From positions 1-12,816 of the forward strand of contig JALVPN010000120.1 in NCBI GenBank assembly GCA_027031765.1: a stretch of 12,816 nucleotides of DNA, in the 5' to 3' direction. Under the pieces are notes generated by a model. It was given only the letters and a program-made list of their open reading frames with translations. It had not been told where the DNA came from and did not search any database. Source of the DNA: Promethearchaeota archaeon. GTDB lineage: Archaea > Asgardarchaeota > Thorarchaeia > Thorarchaeales > Thorarchaeaceae. This document shows positions 8,029 to 12,816 of the stretch, one piece after another. The position numbers and the translations under genes are program-made. The number at the start of each line of letters is the position of its first letter. Positions within the stretch are counted from its first letter, which is position 1.

Positions 8029-8619
8029 ATGAGCGGTGAAGACTCTGCAACCGTGTCTGGGCTGACGCTTTCCGGGCCCGCTGCAACGTCGTGTTGGTGG
8101 CGACCCCCGTACTTGGGACAGGTCGAGTTCCTGTCCATGACGACAATAATGGCCGCGCTGACTGTGGTGTCGACCATGGTGTTCCGGATCCCGTTTGTGG
8201 TGACATCCGGCTACTTCAACCTCGGGGATGCCATGGTGATGACTAGCGGCCTGCTCCTAGGACCAGTGGGCGGCCTCGTTGCAGGTGGCGTTGGTTCTGC
8301 CATCGCAGATGTGGTCGGTGGGTATGCCCATTATGCGCCCATCACACTGGTCGTAAAGGGTGGTGAAGGCCTTGTTGTGGGGCTGTTCGCGTACATTGCT
8401 GGATATGGCAGGCGGCTCTCGTATGTGGAGGTCGTGGGGCTTGTGCTGGGTGCTGTGGTAATGCTCTACGGGTACCTTGTTGCTGAGACGTTCCTCTACG
8501 GGTTTGAGGCTGCGCTCCTTGAGGCTGTGTTCGTGAACTCAATACAGGTGGTGGCCGGTGGGGCTGTCGCAGCAGTGGTGACCCCTCCAGTGAGGCGCTA
8601 CACCATGACGCTGGGCTGA
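8029..8619 (+). CDS. ECF transporter substrate-binding S component, solitary
   Basis: MAALTVVSTMVFRIP...GYFNLGDAMV...GP..G..AGGVGSAIAD..GGY..YAP.TLVVKG.EG is the typical S-component pattern, with about 6 hydrophobic segments. ATG 8029 has GGTGGTG upstream (ORF track starts at GTG 8017). Confidence 0.88.
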   Translation: MSGEDSATVSGLTLSGPAATSCWWRPPYLGQVEFLSMTTIMAALTVVSTMVFRIPFVVTSGYFNLGDAMVMTSGLLLGPVGGLVAGGVGSAIADVVGGYAHYAPITLVVKGGEGLVVGLFAYIAGYGRRLSYVEVVGLVLGAVVMLYGYLVAETFLYGFEAALLEAVFVNSIQVVAGGAVAAVVTPPVRRYTMTLG

Positions 8620-8637
8620 CCATCCCCGGCCACTCAG

Positions 8638-8644
8638 TTTTCTT
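8638..8644 (+). terminator. Possible oligo-T terminator after the S-component gene
   Basis: TTTTCTT 18 nt after the stop codon. Weak. Confidence 0.3.
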
Positions 8645-8654
8645 GCAGCCAATC

Positions 8655-8664
8655 CTTATATAAG
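8655..8664 (+). promoter_or_regulatory. Probable TATA box of the 431-aa gene (palindromic CTTATATAAG)
   Basis: TTATATAA in a GC-rich background about 90 nt before the ORF. Confidence 0.55.
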
Positions 8665-8749
8665 CCCGATTGGCGCAATGGGCTGCCAGTGAGGGATGCC
8701 TATGTTGCTGGCAACAGACCTGCCACAGCATGCCTCCGACTACTGCTAA

Positions 8750-10045
8750 ATGGATGTTCGCAAGATGACTGACCGGCAAAGGCTTAGGATTGATGCTGGG
8801 CTCGTAGATGCCATCAACAACTTTCTCATCCGCGAGGACAACCCTCTTGTCAACGGGCTCCTTGAGATAATCGAGAGATATGGTGGTGTAGATGAGATCA
8901 ACCGCAGGGCCCGTGAGGCCCGCCAACTTGATAGTCTGATGGCACGTCTTGAGGAGAAAAAGTCGTCCTATGTACAGGACATCGAGTGGCTGCTGAAACA
9001 GAGGGATGTAGATGCATTCATCAGCATTCCTGAGTACCGGCGTCGTGTCCTCGGTGACCGGGCTGACTCCATGACCTTCGACGACTCCTTTGCAGTCACG
9101 CTTGAGATAAGTGCATGCCAGTACTTCCCATGGCTGATTGAGGAGGCCCGTCATGCGATTGAGCACCAGGACTTGATGCCGGGCCGGTTCATCCGGGTGC
9201 GGAACATGCGGGAACAGACTGAGGACGACGACGTCGTTGCATTTGCAGCTGCGATGCAGGTTGTCGGGTCCTCCTATGTGGAGACCCTTGATACGAGGGG
9301 GACTATGCCTGGCCCGGACGGTGCCCCCGTGAATGTTCACCTCGGTGGTCCCGAAACAATTACCGGTTACTTCGGTGGTGTTGGGATGCCAAATGAGCTC
9401 CCACTGAAGTGGGTTGACGAGTACCTGCACTACTACACGGAGTACGGTGTTACGCAAGTGCTGAACGTCAACCCGGGAACGGTCCTCCTAGGGTATATGA
9501 TGTACAAGCTCGGGATTGACATGGAGTTCAAGATCTCGGTCTACATGGGCAATGACAACCCGTATGCCTGTCTATGGACTCTGATGACCGCGTTCCTGTT
9601 CAGCCGCGAGGATGGCACGACCCCGCTCATTGGCTTCAACCTGTCCAACAGTGCCAACAACTACACAATCGAGCTCGCGGCCCTTGTCCGACGGGAGTTC
9701 GGCTTTGAGGACATTGTACGTATCGAACACCACATCACCGAAACGCAGAAGAGCATTGTCCGTCAGCCGTACGACCGGCTCCAAGAGCTCTTGGAGATTG
9801 CGGATCATGTGAAGAACATCAGCGCAAAGCATGAGGGCGGCATCCCGGAGATTGATGCTGCACGCGAACACCCAAGTGATATCCTCGACTACTTCCGTAC
9901 CAAAGCTGATATTGTTGAGGCCGGGCACATGCCCCTGCTACTCCAGAACTACCTTGACAAACATCAGGCCCTCAACAGGACGGCTGAAGAACTGACGAAA
10001 CGCGGCCTGACATTTATTGCCGCCCCCAAGCTCCACCGGACATAG
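8750..10045 (+). CDS. Hypothetical soluble protein, 431 aa, enzyme-like, function unassigned
   Basis: Long ORF with natural globular composition and alternating beta/alpha-like pattern. No motif I can assign. Start is ATG 8750 or 8765. Confidence 0.85.
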   Translation: MDVRKMTDRQRLRIDAGLVDAINNFLIREDNPLVNGLLEIIERYGGVDEINRRAREARQLDSLMARLEEKKSSYVQDIEWLLKQRDVDAFISIPEYRRRVLGDRADSMTFDDSFAVTLEISACQYFPWLIEEARHAIEHQDLMPGRFIRVRNMREQTEDDDVVAFAAAMQVVGSSYVETLDTRGTMPGPDGAPVNVHLGGPETITGYFGGVGMPNELPLKWVDEYLHYYTEYGVTQVLNVNPGTVLLGYMMYKLGIDMEFKISVYMGNDNPYACLWTLMTAFLFSREDGTTPLIGFNLSNSANNYTIELAALVRREFGFEDIVRIEHHITETQKSIVRQPYDRLQELLEIADHVKNISAKHEGGIPEIDAAREHPSDILDYFRTKADIVEAGHMPLLLQNYLDKHQALNRTAEELTKRGLTFIAAPKLHRT

Positions 10046-10082
10046 GCCTCGGGACACACCTCTCCACACATGCTGTACAACG

Positions 10083-10196
10083 GTTGGGGCTGGATTCGGT
10101 GCAGGGCCGGTGCCGTCCGGTCTAGGGGCCAGCCCCAGCACAACAGTGCTCGGTGGGAGCAAGACAGAAGTACCTCGATGACACTAGCACTGTTGT
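10083..10196. repeat. Two abutting inverted-repeat hairpins in an intergenic region
   Basis: Arms 10083-10093/10129-10139 (11 pairs, one G-U) and 10140-10150/10186-10196 (11 perfect pairs). Each encloses 35 nt. Confidence 0.6.
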
Positions 10197-10236
10197 TGAT
10201 GAAGGTCACCAAGTCATTCAACGGATGTGAGTCGAG

Positions 10237-10668
10237 ATGCGGCTATGGAGTGACGACTTTGAGAATGGTGGTCCAATACCTGACAGGTGTGCGTACCGTC
10301 GGGACAACCTGAGCCCGCACCTTGCATGGGACGATGTACCCACCGGCACCGCAAGCTTTGCGCTCATCTGCAACGACCCGGATGCCCCTGTGGGCGACTG
10401 GATCCACTGGCTCGTCCATGCAATCCCCGCTGATGTGAGGGAGTTGCAGGCCGGCAAGAAACCTCCAGGTGTGGAGTTCAAGAACGACTTTGGCTCGGTG
10501 GGCTGGGGCGGCCCTGCCCCGCCATCTGGCACGCACCGCTACTTCTTCACAATCTATGCGCTGGATGTCGGGCGTCTTGATGGTGTCACAAAGAAGAACT
10601 TCAGGTCTCTTTGTGAGCAGCATAAACTTGACTCTGCACAGGTCATGGGCACGTACTCCAAGAAGTAG
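10237..10668 (+). CDS. YbhB/YbcL family (PEBP / Raf kinase inhibitor-like) protein
   Basis: SPHLAW, ALICNDPDAP, WIHWLV, NDFG..GWGGPAPPSG.HRYFFTIYALD. Confidence 0.93.
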   Translation: MRLWSDDFENGGPIPDRCAYRRDNLSPHLAWDDVPTGTASFALICNDPDAPVGDWIHWLVHAIPADVRELQAGKKPPGVEFKNDFGSVGWGGPAPPSGTHRYFFTIYALDVGRLDGVTKKNFRSLCEQHKLDSAQVMGTYSKK

Positions 10669-10722
10669 ATGGGCCGTGGTGTGCTCCAGCCTGCTGAGGT
10701 CATGTGCACCAATCGTGGTCAC

Positions 10723-10730
10723 TTATATTG
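10723..10730 (+). promoter_or_regulatory. Possible TATA box of the sufCB operon
   Basis: TTATATTG about 120 nt upstream of sufC. A GGAGG RBS sits at 10833-10837. Confidence 0.35.
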
Positions 10731-10846
10731 AATGAGGACTATCTTGGCCCTGTTGGTTCCATGTTGGAGGCCCACGCCCAAGGCAGCTCGGCAGTCAGAC
10801 CTGCCCTGCCGGGTCGTGCCCCCAACCCCCACGGAGGCGACCAGTT

Positions 10847-11620
10847 ATGTCACAAGATGCTCTGCTCGAAGTACGTGACCTGCGGGTTGAGGTCAGTGGC
10901 GTCCCAATCCTAGCTGGAGTTGACCTGCTCTTCGAGCGTGGCAAGGTATATGCTGTCCTTGGTCCAAACGCTTCGGGCAAGTCGACCTTGGCCAAGACTA
11001 TAATGGGACTCCCTGAGTATCGCATTGTTGGTGGTGACATCCTGTTCGAGGGCCAGTCCATCGTATCGAATACGATAACTGAGAGGGCACGGATGGGCAT
11101 CGCATACGCCTTTCAGACACCACCGACAATCCCCGGAGTGAAACTGGAGGACTTCATCTGTCGGATTTGTCCTGACTACCTGTGCAAGACTGACAGTGAA
11201 GAGTTCATGGGCGACAACTGTTACTGTAAACAGGAGCTCTATGACGACTTTGAGAGGCTCGGTATATCCAACCTCGCCAAGCGAGACCTCAATGACGGTT
11301 TCTCTGGCGGCGAGTCGAAGCGGAGCGAACTGTTCCAAGTACTTTCCATGCGTCCCAAGATAATGTTCTTGGACGAGCCCGATAGTGGCCTTGATTATGA
11401 CTCGCTGAAGATTGTGGGCCGTGAGCTCCGGGCAATCCGGGAGCGCGGTGACACGACCATGGTCATAATCAGTCATCACAGGTACATCCTTGAGTTCCTC
11501 GAGGTCGACCGGGTGTTCATCCTACGCAGGGGTCGCCTGGTGTTTACGGGGGACATGAGCATCATCCCCGCCCTCGAAGAGAAGGGCTACGAGCGGTTCC
11601 TTGCCGAAGTGGTCGCATGA
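10847..11620 (+). CDS. sufC: Fe-S assembly ABC ATPase SufC (archaeal SmsC-like)
   Basis: Walker A GPNASGKST, Q-loop YAFQ, signature FSGGE, Walker B LDEPDSGLD, H-loop ISHH. Directly upstream of a SufB/D-family gene. Confidence 0.93.
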   Translation: MSQDALLEVRDLRVEVSGVPILAGVDLLFERGKVYAVLGPNASGKSTLAKTIMGLPEYRIVGGDILFEGQSIVSNTITERARMGIAYAFQTPPTIPGVKLEDFICRICPDYLCKTDSEEFMGDNCYCKQELYDDFERLGISNLAKRDLNDGFSGGESKRSELFQVLSMRPKIMFLDEPDSGLDYDSLKIVGRELRAIRERGDTTMVIISHHRYILEFLEVDRVFILRRGRLVFTGDMSIIPALEEKGYERFLAEVVA

Positions 11621-11633
11621 GGTGGTGGTCACA

Positions 11634-12816
11634 TTGGTGCCTGACGACGAGACCCGACGACGTGCTGCCGCAGCCAAGGACAAACCTGCAGCGTATGGGC
11701 CAGACATCGACCTCAACGAGTACTCCTTAGAGGCCGATAGGGCTAGCCGCCTTGAGTCGGTAGACGATGTGCCGGCCCGTGACCGTTCACTCATCGCCCA
11801 GGTCGGTTTTGACCCTGACGAGGAATCGGTGGCTGGGTCTTTCATCCAGTTCGACAATGAGAGTGTCCTTGCGGATGTGATTTTCATGCAGGAGGGCCTG
11901 GACCTCCTGCCAACGGCTGAGGCCCTTGAGAAATATGACTGGCTTGCCGACTACCTCTGGCGTGCCGTGCCTGTCGATGCAGACAAGTATACTGCTAGGA
12001 GTGAGCTGGCACCATACAACGGCTACTTCATCCGGGCAAGGGCCGGTGTAAAGCTCCAGATGCCCGTACAGAGCTGTCTGGTGATCAAGAAGAGCCGCGC
12101 AATACAGAATGTGCACAACATAATCATTGCTGAGGAGGGCTCCGAACTGCACATAATCACCGGATGTGCCGCCCCCTCCTCCGTGGAGCGTTCCCTCCAC
12201 CTTGGTGTGTCTGAGTTCTATGTCAAGAAGGGTGCCAAGCTCACCTTCACCATGGTACACAAGTGGAGCGAACAGACCGATGTCCGTCCTAGGTCTGCAG
12301 CAATGGTGGAGCAGGGCGGCACGTTCATATCGAGCTATGCCATCCTGAGCCCCCTCAAGTCCCTACAGTCGTTCCCGAAGGTCAGGCTCACCGGCCGCGA
12401 CGCAAGAGCGAACCTCTACTCAGTAGTGCATGGCAGCGGTCCCTCTGAGTACGACATTGGTGGCATGCTCAGCCTTGAGCACGAAAAGACCGGCGGGAAA
12501 GTTGTGTCTCGGACAATTGCCCGCGACAGTTCTAGGATTATTGCACGTGGTGACCTGGTCGGACTTGCAGGTAATACCCGTGCACGTCTCGAGTGTGATG
12601 GCCTGTTGCTCAGTGACGAGGCGGTAATCCGTGCAGTGCCAATGCTGCAGGCCCAGGCTGAGGGCACTGAGCTCAGCCACGAGGCCACTGTGGGGAAGGT
12701 CGGTGCTGAGCAGCTCAACTATCTGATGAGCCGGGGGCTCGACGAGGACGAAGCGACATCCCTGATTGTGAATGGCTTCATGCACGTTAAGGTGCCGGGT
12801 CTACCGCCCGCACTAC
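11634..12816 (+). CDS. sufB: SufB/SufD-family Fe-S scaffold (archaeal SmsB-like), 3'-truncated by the window edge
   Basis: Manually translated open frame from TTG 11634 (or GTG 11637) to the window end, absent from the ORF track. Motifs: AAYGPDIDL, QNVHNIIIAEEGSELHIITGC, HLGVSEFYVKKGAKLTFTMVH, LECDGLLL, ELSHEATVGK, YLMSRGLDEDEA. Confidence 0.93.
   Translation, partial: MVPDDETRRRAAAAKDKPAAYGPDIDLNEYSLEADRASRLESVDDVPARDRSLIAQVGFDPDEESVAGSFIQFDNESVLADVIFMQEGLDLLPTAEALEKYDWLADYLWRAVPVDADKYTARSELAPYNGYFIRARAGVKLQMPVQSCLVIKKSRAIQNVHNIIIAEEGSELHIITGCAAPSSVERSLHLGVSEFYVKKGAKLTFTMVHKWSEQTDVRPRSAAMVEQGGTFISSYAILSPLKSLQSFPKVRLTGRDARANLYSVVHGSGPSEYDIGGMLSLEHEKTGGKVVSRTIARDSSRIIARGDLVGLAGNTRARLECDGLLLSDEAVIRAVPMLQAQAEGTELSHEATVGKVGAEQLNYLMSRGLDEDEATSLIVNGFMHVKVPGLPPAL

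Noticed and set aside
8342-9457. 371-aa minus-strand ORF
   Set aside because: Antisense shadow of two well-formed + strand genes, with low-complexity composition and no motifs.
10083-10196. CRISPR mini-array, tRNA or SECIS interpretation of the tandem hairpins
   Set aside because: There are no direct repeats, no cloverleaf or T-loop, and no 5' AUGA...AA...GA core. No in-frame TGA-interrupted gene is nearby.
503-12785. Remaining short ORFs in the six-frame track (60-190 aa)
   Set aside because: They overlap confident genes in other frames or on the opposite strand and show no recognisable motifs.

Overview
Gene-dense archaeal window, judged from TATA/BRE-type promoters, a Pyrococcus-type superoxide reductase and an archaeal sufC-sufB pair. 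An Asgard/Thorarchaeota origin is a guess that cannot be confirmed here. Gene order: E1-like ThiF/MoeB adenylyltransferase (+); single-chain transketolase, geranylgeranyl-reductase-family flavoprotein and GNAT acetyltransferase (all -); Cys/His-motif two-TM hypothetical protein (+); superoxide reductase (-); threonine-synthase-fold protein fused to a PadR-like winged helix (-); divergent solitary ECF S-component (+); conserved-looking 431-aa protein of unknown function; YbhB/PEBP protein; sufC and a sufB/D-family gene that runs off the right edge (all +). No rRNA, tRNA, CRISPR array or mobile element was seen. The main finding is the ThrC-PadR fusion. Its Schiff-base lysine is Ile (NPTGSFIDRG) and several substrate-phosphate residues are also lost, while PLP-contact motifs remain. 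It shares a palindromic divergent promoter with the ECF S-component gene. This suggests a pseudoenzyme transcription factor, possibly sensing vitamin B6 and controlling a vitamin transporter (hypothesis). Secondary findings are a 5-Cys patch in SufC and two abutting 57-nt hairpins of identical geometry.
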